A DNA stretch of 64,000 bases from Candidatus Colicola equi (lineage in GTDB: Bacteria > Bacteroidota > Bacteroidia > Bacteroidales > Paludibacteraceae), in contig JAGHRV010000053.1 of assembly GCA_018066175.1 (NCBI GenBank), forward strand, positions 5,592 through 69,591, in the 5' to 3' direction. The position numbers and the translations under genes were made by a program. A model generated the notes under the pieces. It saw nothing but the letters and a program-made list of their open reading frames with translations, did no database searches and was not told the origin of the DNA. Of the stretch, positions 39,628 to 48,510 are shown piece by piece; within the stretch, counting starts at the first letter, position 1; the number at the start of each line of letters is the position of its first letter.

Positions 39628-40834
39628 GCAACGCTTCGGTACGTAAGTAACTGAGGGCATCGGCTAAATTCAATTCAATATTTTGGAAAGCATCTTTCTT
39701 TAGCGCCTTAGACATACTTAAAGCATGTTGTGGGGACGCTCCTTTGCCGCGTATCTCGGCAATACCAAAGCCTGTGCAAATACACGTCAATTGGTCCCAA
39801 AGATAATCCACTAATGCTTTGTACTTCATCGGATAGGCCGTCATGAAACGGTCGCTTTGCCGAATAGCCCAGTCATCAGGTTCGATAAGCCAACTGCGCA
39901 TGGTGTCTTCAAACTCTAATGGCAGAATCTTATGCTTGGGCTCTTTGATTTTATAAGGAGCAAATATCTCTTCGTGCTTGCGAATAATACATACGTAGAA
40001 TCCTTCGCCTTTCACTTTATGCGGGTAGAAATGATAACCTACTTCTCCTTCTTCAATACCCCAATCGTCCTCGTATGACAAGGGCAGGATGTCTCCGCCT
40101 AAGCATTCGGCTATCCATTGTGCATTGCCTTCGTCCTCCTCGTTGTTGAAGGTGCAAGTAGAGTAAATCATGATACCTCCGGGCTTGAGGGCATCCCATA
40201 CATCCATCAGAATCTTCCGTTGCCGCTCTGCGCACATCTGCACATTACGCATGCTCCATTCGCTGCGTGCCTCTTCGTCCTTACGGAACATACCTTCGCC
40301 GGAGCAAGGAGCATCTACTAACATGCAATCAAATAGATTGCGGGTCTTTTCTCCAAAAGTAGCAGCGTCATTATGGGTGACAATGGTATTGCCATTGCCC
40401 CATTTCTGAATGTTCTCACTCAAAATAAACACTCGCTGTCTAACTACCTCGTTGGCTATCAATAGACCTTCCTTACCTAAGAATTGGCTAATTAATGTGG
40501 CCTTGCCTCCGGGCGCAGCACATAGATCCAGCACGATGCTGTCCTTATCAACATACTGCTCCAGGATGCGCTCTATAATCATCGAACTGGCCTCTTGCAC
40601 ATAATAACATCCGGCATGGAAAAGCGGGTCCAGCGTGAACTGCGGACGCTCACTCAAGTAATAGCCGTCTTCATGCCAAGGCACTTCGTCTATGTCGCAA
40701 GGGAAATCTAATATGTCCTTCTTGTCATTGAGGCGGATACTCGTCACAGAGTCCGTCTCTAAACTGCGGAAAAGGCGCTCGGCTTCGACCCCCATTTCCT
40801 GACGCATTAGATTGATAAATTCGATTGGTAGCAT
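39500..40834 (-). CDS. RsmB/RsmF-family (NOL1/NOP2/Sun) RNA m5C methyltransferase
   Basis: ORF trimmed to the ATG at 40834 (MLPIEFINLMRQEMG...), because the -7 box lies inside the longer ORF. Motifs: LDLCAAPGGKAT, VDAPCSGEGMFRK, YSTCTF. Confidence 0.88.
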   Translation of the reverse strand: MLPIEFINLMRQEMGVEAERLFRSLETDSVTSIRLNDKKDILDFPCDIDEVPWHEDGYYLSERPQFTLDPLFHAGCYYVQEASSMIIERILEQYVDKDSIVLDLCAAPGGKATLISQFLGKEGLLIANEVVRQRVFILSENIQKWGNGNTIVTHNDAATFGEKTRNLFDCMLVDAPCSGEGMFRKDEEARSEWSMRNVQMCAERQRKILMDVWDALKPGGIMIYSTCTFNNEEDEGNAQWIAECLGGDILPLSYEDDWGIEEGEVGYHFYPHKVKGEGFYVCIIRKHEEIFAPYKIKEPKHKILPLEFEDTMRSWLIEPDDWAIRQSDRFMTAYPMKYKALVDYLWDQLTCICTGFGIAEIRGKGASPQHALSMSKALKKDAFQNIELNLADALSYLRTEALPNHDWPFGTLLLTYQDVPIGFAKNVGNRLNNLYPNEWRIRKL

Positions 40835-40844
40835 AATTTGTGTG

Positions 40845-40852
40845 CAAAAGTA
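40845..40852 (-). promoter_or_regulatory. -7 box TACTTTTG (minus strand) of the RsmB/F-like gene; -33 at 40873-40876
   Basis: Plus-strand caaaagta; CAAA lies 20 nt away. The predicted leader is only ~5 nt. Confidence 0.65.
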
Positions 40853-40861
40853 CAAATTTTT

Positions 40862-40892
40862 TTTGTAATATGCAAATTTTTTTGTACTTTTG
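40862..40892 (+). promoter_or_regulatory. promoter of the UvrD-like helicase gene (-33 TTTG 40862-40865, -7 TACTTTTG 40885-40892)
   Basis: TTTG-N19-TACTTTTG; the ATG at 40902 gives a ~4-nt leader. Confidence 0.65.
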
Positions 40893-40901
40893 CATTTGAT
40901 T

Positions 40902-43169
40902 ATGGAACTTTTGCAAGATTTAAATCCTTCTCAGCGTGCTGCAGTTGCGTGTATTGAGGGTCCTTCGCTCATTATAGCGGGTGCCGGATCGGGTAAGACG
41001 CGCGTGCTAACATATAAGGTGGCATACCTGCTTTCTCAGGGTGTGCAGGCCAATCGTATTCTGTGCCTTACTTTCACCAACAAGGCGGCTCGTGAGATGA
41101 AGGAGCGTATCATCCAATTGGTTAGTCCGGAGGCGGCCCATTACTTATGGATGGGCACTTTCCACAGTATAGCGGCTCGTATCCTAAGGCAGGAAGCCGA
41201 GCATATCGGTTACACACGTGATTACTCCATCTACGATACAACGGATAGTAAATCGCTCATCAAAGCCATCTGTAAAGAAATGGGGTTGGATGAGAAAATC
41301 TATAAACCCAATGTGGTGCTGGGACGTATATCGGATGCCAAGAGTCGTTTAGAGACTGCAGAGGACTATGCTTTGTCGCAACGTCATAGTCGCGAGGACC
41401 GCAACGACCGCTTGTATGATATGGCGGCTATCTATCGGGCTTATGAGGCAAGGCTGCGCAGCGCCAATGCCATGGACTTTGATGACTTGCTGTTGCAACT
41501 ATGTCTGTTGTTGCAGCGCGATGCCGAAGTGCGTTCGTTCTACCAGCAGGCTTTTGAGTATATCCTTGTGGACGAGTACCAAGATACGAATCAGGTGCAG
41601 AGCCAATTAGTGCAATTACTGGCGGCTCCGCAAAATAATGTGTCTGTAGTAGGAGACGATGCTCAGTCTATCTATTCATTCCGCGGTGCCGATATACGCA
41701 ATATCCTGTCGTTCAGGCAGATCTATCCGACGGCTCAGTTATTCAAGTTAGAGCGCAATTATCGTTCCACTCAAACGATTGTGAATGCCGCTAATTCGCT
41801 TATACATCATAACGTCAACCAAATAGAGAAACAAGTCTATTCGGAGAACGAGCAGGGCGATCGGCTACGGCTCACGGCGTATATGTCCGACAGGGATGAG
41901 GCGGCAGGAGTGGCAGAGCAGATTAAGTCACTTAGATTGAATCATACGATTACCGATTATAATTCGCTGGCTGTGCTGTATCGCACCAATGCCCAGTCGC
42001 GGCAGTTGGAGAATGAACTGAGGAAACTCAATATCCCTTATCGTATTTATGGTGGCACCTCTTTCTACCAGCGCAAGGAGATAAAAGACGCCATCGGTTA
42101 CTTCCGTTTGGCAGTTAATCCCAAGGATACAGAGGCGCTCAATCGTATTATTAACTTCCCGGCACGAGGCATAGGTGACACTACCTTGCGTCGCATCAGC
42201 GAACTCAGTCTGTCGGCGCAGGTTAGTCCGATGGAGATTATTGCCGATCCGGCAGGACAAGGGCTGGATGTCAATCGAGGCATCCAATCTAAGTTGTTGG
42301 ATTTCAGTCGTTTGATGAAGGAAATACAAGAGGCGATGGATACCCAGGATGCTTATACATTTGCTGAGTTTGTGCTGCGTCGCTCCGGTGTGATGACTGC
42401 TGCGGCGATGGATATAACGCCCGAAGGAATGGACCGTAAGGAGAACTTAGATGAGTTATTATCCGGCATACATGAGTTTGTGGCGCAACGACAACAAGAA
42501 GGTATTGATTTTACTCCTATACAGGATTTCTTGGCGGAAGTGAGTTTATTAACTGACCAGGACGAACATATCGAGGACTATACCGCGCGTGTTACGTTGA
42601 TGACGGTGCATGCGGCTAAGGGTCTGGAGTTCCCGTATGTCTTTATTGTTGGTTTGGAGGAGAACCTCTTTCCTTCGCAGTTCTCCACTTCGGAATCGGA
42701 GGTAGAGGAGGAACGAAGATTGCTATATGTAGCCATCACCCGTGCCATGCAACATTGTTCGCTCACTTATGCGCGACAACGTTTCCGCAATGGACAAATC
42801 AATTTCTCGTCTCCTTCGCGTTTCCTGCGTGATATAGATCCTGCCTATGTCAATTTCAATCGTCCAACCAATCCTCAACCGTCAACGTCTTCACCGATGT
42901 GGTCGAAACCAGCGTCACGGTTTACGTCTATATCGTCTTTAAAGTCAACGTCAACTATATCGGAGTGCCCGCAGGCACCGGCGCGCTCGGAGGCACCGTT
43001 ACAAGATACACCATTCAAAGGTGGCGATATCGTCTCTCATCGCGTCTTTGGACGTGGGGTAGTGCAGCAAGTGTACCGCGAGAACGACAACGACAAGATA
43101 GACATCCTGTTTGATGCCGTCGGCAAGAAGACGCTGTTACTCACGTACGCGAAATTAGAAAAGGTATAG
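40902..43169 (+). CDS. UvrD/PcrA/Rep-family ATP-dependent DNA helicase
   Basis: ORF trimmed to the ATG at 40902 (MELLQDLNPSQRAAV...). Motifs: AGAGSGKT, VDEYQDTN, YRS, TVHAAKGLEF. Confidence 0.92.
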   Translation: MELLQDLNPSQRAAVACIEGPSLIIAGAGSGKTRVLTYKVAYLLSQGVQANRILCLTFTNKAAREMKERIIQLVSPEAAHYLWMGTFHSIAARILRQEAEHIGYTRDYSIYDTTDSKSLIKAICKEMGLDEKIYKPNVVLGRISDAKSRLETAEDYALSQRHSREDRNDRLYDMAAIYRAYEARLRSANAMDFDDLLLQLCLLLQRDAEVRSFYQQAFEYILVDEYQDTNQVQSQLVQLLAAPQNNVSVVGDDAQSIYSFRGADIRNILSFRQIYPTAQLFKLERNYRSTQTIVNAANSLIHHNVNQIEKQVYSENEQGDRLRLTAYMSDRDEAAGVAEQIKSLRLNHTITDYNSLAVLYRTNAQSRQLENELRKLNIPYRIYGGTSFYQRKEIKDAIGYFRLAVNPKDTEALNRIINFPARGIGDTTLRRISELSLSAQVSPMEIIADPAGQGLDVNRGIQSKLLDFSRLMKEIQEAMDTQDAYTFAEFVLRRSGVMTAAAMDITPEGMDRKENLDELLSGIHEFVAQRQQEGIDFTPIQDFLAEVSLLTDQDEHIEDYTARVTLMTVHAAKGLEFPYVFIVGLEENLFPSQFSTSESEVEEERRLLYVAITRAMQHCSLTYARQRFRNGQINFSSPSRFLRDIDPAYVNFNRPTNPQPSTSSPMWSKPASRFTSISSLKSTSTISECPQAPARSEAPLQDTPFKGGDIVSHRVFGRGVVQQVYRENDNDKIDILFDAVGKKTLLLTYAKLEKV

Positions 43170-43188
43170 GCACATTTTTTTGCTTTTA

Positions 43189-43220
43189 TTTGGAAATATC
43201 AAAAATTCTTTGTAATTTTG
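43189..43220 (+). promoter_or_regulatory. promoter of the ORF6N gene (-33 TTTG 43189-43192, -7 TAATTTTG 43213-43220)
   Basis: TTTG-N20-TAATTTTG, 20 nt upstream of the ATG at 43240. Confidence 0.65.
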
Positions 43221-43239
43221 CAGCGCATAAATAAGTAAG

Positions 43240-43833
43240 ATGAACGAACAAAACGAAATAGTATTGTCAACTAAACAATTGTTGGATATTCAAACTCGTA
43301 TTTACGAAATACGTGGCATACGCGTTATGTTAGATTTTGATTTGGCAGAGTTATATCATGTAGAAACGCGTGTATTGAATCAAGCTGTTAAGCGAAATTT
43401 GGCTCGTTTTCCAGAGGATTTCATGTTTCAACTCACTGAGGAAGAATGGGGAGGTATCCTATCACAAAATGTGATGACATCTATCAGCAAACGTCCGAAA
43501 TCTGCTTTGCCTTATGCTTTTACGGAACATGGATTGGTAATGTTGGCATCTATCTTGCATAGTGATGTCGCTATCAATGTGAGCGTGACTATTACGCGTG
43601 CTTTTATCGCAATGCGCAATAAGTTAGTGGCGCTGTCCAATACGGAACAACAAATTGAGTTATTATCTGAGAGGATTACCAATTTGAATTTGTATCTTGA
43701 AAATATTCTTCGTGATCAAAATGATATTAATACTGATACAGCGATGCAATTAGAATTGATTAATCAGACCTTAGCCGAACTGCGAGCTAAACCACAAGCA
43801 AAGCCTCGCCGTCCAATTGGTTTTGACACTTGA
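43240..43833 (+). CDS. ORF6N (KilA-N-like) domain DNA-binding protein
   Basis: IRGIRVMLDFDLAELYHVETRVLNQAVKRNLARFPEDFMFQLTEEEW is the typical ORF6N block; coiled-coil-like C-terminus. Confidence 0.8.
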   Translation: MNEQNEIVLSTKQLLDIQTRIYEIRGIRVMLDFDLAELYHVETRVLNQAVKRNLARFPEDFMFQLTEEEWGGILSQNVMTSISKRPKSALPYAFTEHGLVMLASILHSDVAINVSVTITRAFIAMRNKLVALSNTEQQIELLSERITNLNLYLENILRDQNDINTDTAMQLELINQTLAELRAKPQAKPRRPIGFDT

Positions 43834-43893
43834 TTGTATCGGCAAAATTAAACAATAATAGATATCGTCCTATCCCGCTGGACGTAAAACACT

Positions 43894-43927
43894 AAAGCCG
43901 GACTTTCAACAGTCTGGCTTTTTTGTG
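43894..43927 (+). terminator. rho-independent terminator after the ORF6N gene
   Basis: agccggac ttcaac... gtctggct stem (one mismatch) followed by tttttt. Confidence 0.7.
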
Positions 43928-44035
43928 TGTATCTTTCTGCTGTTCTGATTATACCCACAAGCAAGGATGAAGCAAGGATGCACCACGATACCTGCCCTGC
44001 CTGCCCCAAATATTTTTATTAAATCTTCATTTTTA

Positions 44036-44067
44036 TTTGGTCATGTCAAAAAAAAGTTGTACCTTTG
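44036..44067 (+). promoter_or_regulatory. canonical but apparently orphan promoter (-33 TTTG 44036-44039, -7 TACCTTTG 44060-44067)
   Basis: TTTG-N20-TACCTTTG. The next credible start codon is 440 nt downstream at 44508. Confidence 0.6.
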
Positions 44068-44507
44068 CACTCGAATTCCTGCGCTGGGGAGTTTTGAAGT
44101 GTCAAAACAGTGTGTGCAAACGCTCACCGCGGTGGGATTCAATTACATATTGAAAGCGCGTCTACTTTCCTTGTGAAAACGGCACGCGAATGGCATTTAT
44201 ATGTGCTTTGTGTTTGATGGTCTGAAAGCTTCGCAACCTTTTCTTGATAAGTCAAAATCGAAGTAACCAATAGATGCCTATGGGTATGATTTTCCCTGTT
44301 GTATATTCCATACAACACATTTGTCATATCAGCGTAGGTTTCCTGTTGTTTATTTGACTTATCGGCATGCGAAGGCCTCAGACTGTAAGTAAACAGCATG
44401 AGGTCTGCGCTTTTTTGTGCGTGTATGCGTATGAATAAAATAATTACGGAGTATGCCGAAAGCCGAATAATAAAGTGGAGGCAAAATAAATAAACAAATA
44501 TATAACA

Positions 44508-45095
44508 ATGAAAAAATTAACAATCTTATTCTTCGTTGCAGGTCTTTTCTGTTTCTCTAGTTGTGAAAAGAATGTGGATTCACCTGCAGGTAAGCTCAAG
44601 GAAGCTATTAAATTAGTGGATGATGTGTTAGATGGTAGTTTAGATGATGCTATAAACAGATTCAAAGCATTTGGCGCAACTGAAACCCAATTAAAAGGTG
44701 ATAATTATTATTGTTTTTATGGGCTGGAAGATGGCGCATCGGGACATGTTTACTATAATTCTAAAAACATAGTTTATTATGTTGATATTAATGCAGATTA
44801 TAGTGAAGGTAAAAATACATTTTCCCAAGCCAAATCCCTCGCAACTGTTTGGATAGAGCAAATGGGCAAATATTACGAGGGAAAGCATAAATTTGAATTT
44901 AATTATGCCCAAATAAACTCTTCTTCTAAAATTTATGATTATGAACAAGCATATAAAGCCCTTACGGATGTGGTTGCATCAGAGAATAGTTCTGTAAGTT
45001 TTGTAGCATACTATAAATGTGGCTCTGCATCTATGATCATCTCATTGAGAGATTATTATAAGAGAGAATCTATAGCAAATATTACAGTACAATAA
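44508..45095 (+). CDS. hypothetical lipoprotein (195 aa)
   Basis: MKKLTILFFVAGLFCFSSCEKN: signal peptide plus lipobox. AT-rich gene. Confidence 0.7.
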   Translation: MKKLTILFFVAGLFCFSSCEKNVDSPAGKLKEAIKLVDDVLDGSLDDAINRFKAFGATETQLKGDNYYCFYGLEDGASGHVYYNSKNIVYYVDINADYSEGKNTFSQAKSLATVWIEQMGKYYEGKHKFEFNYAQINSSSKIYDYEQAYKALTDVVASENSSVSFVAYYKCGSASMIISLRDYYKRESIANITVQ

Positions 45096-45168
45096 ATTAT
45101 TAATTAGAAGGAGAAACCGAAACGCCAGAAAGGAAGTAGGACAAAACTTAATTTATCAACAAACAACA

Positions 45169-45933
45169 ATGAAAAAATTATTTATTGCAGTTATGCTGCT
45201 TGGCGCTATGACAATGAGCGCTGCTGATTACACACACAGTGTGGGAGTTAATGTAGGAGGTATGGATGGCTTTTCCTACAAGGGTTTTATTTTTGGAGTA
45301 GATGGTCTTGCTCTGCAAGTCGATTTTGGTGCTCGCTTGGAAAAAACGGCGGGATTATTCAAAGAGAAAGATAAGTATGATGGCCATACAACAACATCCA
45401 AATATCAGGCGAAAAATGCTCCCATATATACTTTTGAAATGAACCCCAATGTGTTATATCAAAAGGAATGCTGCTCTTTTAATGGCGGTTCGTTGAGTTG
45501 GTTCGCCGGTGGTGGTATCAGCTTAGGTTTGATGGGGCAAATGGGTACGGCTAAATTCAAATCGGTAAGTTCTAGTAGTGATGGTAACGAAAATTGGGAA
45601 GATTGGGATTATGTTGCTGCTCGTAAAGTCGGAGGATATGATAATGAAGGTTATGAAGATTATGAAGGAGAAGGTGGTAGTGATAAATGGGGAGATGTTA
45701 AAAAATGGATGACAAATGAAAAAGATAAGGAAACGATTTACGGGAAGTTTGGTGTCAATGCTATTGTTGGCTTGGAAATGAATTTCAGTAATGCTCCTTT
45801 GGCATTGAGTTTTGATTTCCGTCCTGGTTATGGTTTGGGATTCTGGAGTAAGAAAAGCAATAGTACTACTTACAATAACACCTTTAGCTTCTTTGATTGG
45901 TCAATCGCAGTAGGTTTACGCTATTGCTTATAA
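45169..45933 (+). CDS. hypothetical secreted protein, probably a small outer-membrane beta-barrel with an acidic loop
   Basis: Signal peptide MKKLFIAVMLLGAMTMSAADY; alternating hydrophobic strands; aromatic C-terminus ...WSIAVGLRYCL; acidic insert NENWEDWDY...YEDYEGEGGSD. Confidence 0.6.
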   Translation: MKKLFIAVMLLGAMTMSAADYTHSVGVNVGGMDGFSYKGFIFGVDGLALQVDFGARLEKTAGLFKEKDKYDGHTTTSKYQAKNAPIYTFEMNPNVLYQKECCSFNGGSLSWFAGGGISLGLMGQMGTAKFKSVSSSSDGNENWEDWDYVAARKVGGYDNEGYEDYEGEGGSDKWGDVKKWMTNEKDKETIYGKFGVNAIVGLEMNFSNAPLALSFDFRPGYGLGFWSKKSNSTTYNNTFSFFDWSIAVGLRYCL

Positions 45934-45944
45934 TCTTATTTTTT

Positions 45945-46913
45945 ATGAAAAAGAATTTATTTTATATTTTATTGGTTATTCCGTTCGTTGTATTGAATGC
46001 CCAAACCGATTGGTCTGTTGTAAGTGTCTCCCAAGAAGTAGGTTCGGAGTTTATCCGTATTACTTCGGATGGAGATTATGTCTATATGCCGACGGTGAAG
46101 AATGCTAAATGCTTACAATGGGATGCCAGCCGAGTGATGGATATTGCTCCAGATGGTTTACGTGTAGCGTATTTGTCTAAACGAAATGGCAGTACAAATA
46201 TCTTCATTAAGGATTTGGAGAAACAGGGTAGCTCTATCCAACGTACAAAACGCCAATTAGTGAATGATTTCTCATATTCTCCTGATGGAAAGAATATCTG
46301 TTTCTCAGAACTGGTAGGCAAAGAACGCCAAGTATTCCAAACAGATGCTGAAAAAGGATATGTTTGTCGTCAGTTTACATCCGGTGCTGTAGATTGCAGT
46401 CCTATTTATAGTGCAGATATGTCGCAGGTGTTCTTCTCTCGTAAAGAAAAGAAGGGTGGCTCGATTTGGAGTTACAATATCAAAAATAATTTCCTTGCCA
46501 CATTCACTGCCGGCGAATATCCCTATCCATTGAAAGGAGAGACTTCTTATTATTGTATGCGGTACAATGTAGATGGTCGTGGTGAAATTTGGAAAATTAA
46601 TTACGAGAGTAATTTGGAGGAATGTATTGTTTCCGATATGACCAAAGGCTTCTCTACTCCTATCCTTTCTCCGAATAAACAGTGGCTGCTGTTTGTGGGC
46701 GAAAGTGTGATTGTAGATGGTAAAAATTCTATTCGTAATACAGATATCTATGTATGTCGCCCGGATGGAACAGATTTGACTCAATTGACATTCCATCCCG
46801 CAAATGATGTGTGTCCTGTATGGAGTAAGAATGGAGATTACATCTATTTTATTTCCCAACGTGGCTCGATGGAGAAGACACCAAACATTTGGAGAATGTC
46901 TTTTATCTTATAA
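45945..46913 (+). CDS. PD40/TolB-like beta-propeller repeat protein
   Basis: ORF trimmed to the ATG at 45945 (MKKNLFYILLVIPFVVLNAQ). Repeats: SPDGKNICFSE, SPNKQWLLFV, PVWSKNGDYIYFIS. Confidence 0.7.
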   Translation: MKKNLFYILLVIPFVVLNAQTDWSVVSVSQEVGSEFIRITSDGDYVYMPTVKNAKCLQWDASRVMDIAPDGLRVAYLSKRNGSTNIFIKDLEKQGSSIQRTKRQLVNDFSYSPDGKNICFSELVGKERQVFQTDAEKGYVCRQFTSGAVDCSPIYSADMSQVFFSRKEKKGGSIWSYNIKNNFLATFTAGEYPYPLKGETSYYCMRYNVDGRGEIWKINYESNLEECIVSDMTKGFSTPILSPNKQWLLFVGESVIVDGKNSIRNTDIYVCRPDGTDLTQLTFHPANDVCPVWSKNGDYIYFISQRGSMEKTPNIWRMSFIL

Positions 46914-47084
46914 CAATAGTTGATGATAGAAAGCGTTTACAAACACTTGTTCTTGGTAATTGAAATCTAGCAGTTTTAACCTAATCAAGAATAAGATAAG
47001 GGTAAGGATTCTACGCTTCTTGTTTTATTTATTATTCATAACGGAAATTCAGGAATCCGTTTCCATAAAAAACAAACAAAACAA

Positions 47085-47318
47085 ATGAAAAAAACATTTA
47101 TGTTAGTTTCTGCTTTGGCATTAGTTGCCATGAGCGTTGCCGTAACGTCTTGCAAAAAAGACAAAGATGAACCAAGTAACCCATCTGCTTGTACATGCTT
47201 TTTTAATGATGGAACAAAAGAAGTATACACAAGTAGTGATCTTAGAGAGTATGGATTTGCTTCTTGTTCGGAAGTGAATGCAGAAGTTCAAATGTGGGAT
47301 GAGGGTTATTGCAGATAA
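47085..47318 (+). CDS. small Cys-rich lipoprotein (77 aa)
   Basis: MKKTFMLVSALALVAMSVAVTSCKKDKDE lipobox; four further Cys in the mature part (CTC...C...C). Confidence 0.6.
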   Translation: MKKTFMLVSALALVAMSVAVTSCKKDKDEPSNPSACTCFFNDGTKEVYTSSDLREYGFASCSEVNAEVQMWDEGYCR

Positions 47319-47323
47319 TTGAT

Positions 47324-47360
47324 AAGGTCTTGCTCATGTTGTATGGGCAAGACCTTGTTT
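47324..47360 (+). terminator. 10-bp perfect hairpin (aaggtcttgc/gcaagacctt) directly after the mini-lipoprotein stop; attenuator or terminator
   Basis: Read directly: 13-nt loop, weak U-tract (gttt). Confidence 0.45.
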
Positions 47361-47378
47361 AATCATAACGCATCGTGT

Positions 47379-48278
47379 ATGAAAGTCGTCAATAAGTTAT
47401 GTGCATACTTTGTCCCCATTGTAGGTGTCATTTTTCTTCTGTCCGGTTTCCTTAAGGCAACCGATAGTGCCGCCTTTGCCGACTTAATGAGCCAATATGG
47501 TGCCGAATGGTTCGGTTACCTTGCACCTGCTATTATCCTTGGTGAAATCGTTTTGGGCTTGGCACTTGTTTTTCGTGTCTATGTACGCCCTGTTACGTGG
47601 ATAACAATCGCTTTCGTGGTAGGAGTAACCGTTGTCTTTGCCTACGGTTTACTATTTCGCGGTATTACGGATTGCGGATGTTTTGGTCAGTTGAAGATGT
47701 TCAATAGTCATCCATGGTTCACTTTTACACGGAATGCCATTTTGGTATTACTGCTTATTGTATCACTGGTGTATCCAGCCAAAAGCAACAAACTTTCTTT
47801 ATCCGTCTTGGCTTTCTCTATGGTAACAATAGGTATAGCCGCCTATTTGTGCGGTTTTTCATTGCATGGTGCGCAGATATTAAAAGCCCAATCGTCACCT
47901 TTTGAACCGAAAGCATTACAAGAAACGGTATTACCGGAATTCTTGATTGAAAACACAGGGATTACCCTTTCTTCTGACTCCACTTATTTAGTTTTTGCGT
48001 TTTCTTATACTTGCCCTTATTGCCGCAACTCAATCGGTAATGTAGAGCAGTATGAACACATGAATTATGTGGACAGAACAATCGGTTTAGCAATGGGAGA
48101 AAGAAAGGATAGTATCCATTTTGTAGATCTTTTTCATCCTGATTTTGAGATACATGGTGTTTCCAAGTTGCCAAGACTTGTCTCTAATTTGCCGACATCA
48201 TTTATCATTCGCCATGATACATTAGTAAACGTAATTCCTGGTATAGCCATTTCCCCTTCATTATTGATGGGTGATTGA
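47379..48278 (+). CDS. MauE/DoxX-like membrane domain fused to a thioredoxin/glutaredoxin-like domain (CPYC)
   Basis: Start set at the ATG at 47379 (MKVVNKLCAYFVPIVGVIFLL). The ORF-track start 47319 is a TTG inside the hairpin. TM region with the GITDCGCFGQL motif typical of MauE; C-terminal FSYTCPYCRNS. Confidence 0.7.
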   Translation: MKVVNKLCAYFVPIVGVIFLLSGFLKATDSAAFADLMSQYGAEWFGYLAPAIILGEIVLGLALVFRVYVRPVTWITIAFVVGVTVVFAYGLLFRGITDCGCFGQLKMFNSHPWFTFTRNAILVLLLIVSLVYPAKSNKLSLSVLAFSMVTIGIAAYLCGFSLHGAQILKAQSSPFEPKALQETVLPEFLIENTGITLSSDSTYLVFAFSYTCPYCRNSIGNVEQYEHMNYVDRTIGLAMGERKDSIHFVDLFHPDFEIHGVSKLPRLVSNLPTSFIIRHDTLVNVIPGIAISPSLLMGD

Positions 48279-48371
48279 CATTCGCGTCCGTTACCTTCTA
48301 TCAAAAAAAAACAATGTGATGATTCTTGATTTATAAAAAGAACAGAGTGATAAGCATTTGTTATAGACCAC

Positions 48372-48397
48372 GTTTATTCGAAAACGAATAAACTTTT
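48372..48397 (+). terminator. rho-independent terminator (gtttattcg aaaa cgaataaac tttt)
   Basis: Perfect 9-bp stem, tetraloop, T4. Confidence 0.65.
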
Positions 48398-48510
48398 ACT
48401 AATAATGTTATTTTGGCAACGGGGCGTTGGGAAATGCTCCGTTGTTGTGTCGCATAGTAATTAACCAAATAACTTATACACCCAAATACTCATAGCTTTA
48501 CTCTTCTTAA

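Noticed and set aside
43967-44399. ORFs 43967-44176 (+, 69 aa) and 44139-44399 (-, 86 aa)
   Set aside because: The plus ORF starts upstream of, and runs through, a canonical promoter. The minus ORF has no promoter and an unusual composition. The region is treated as non-coding (see the orphan-promoter finding).
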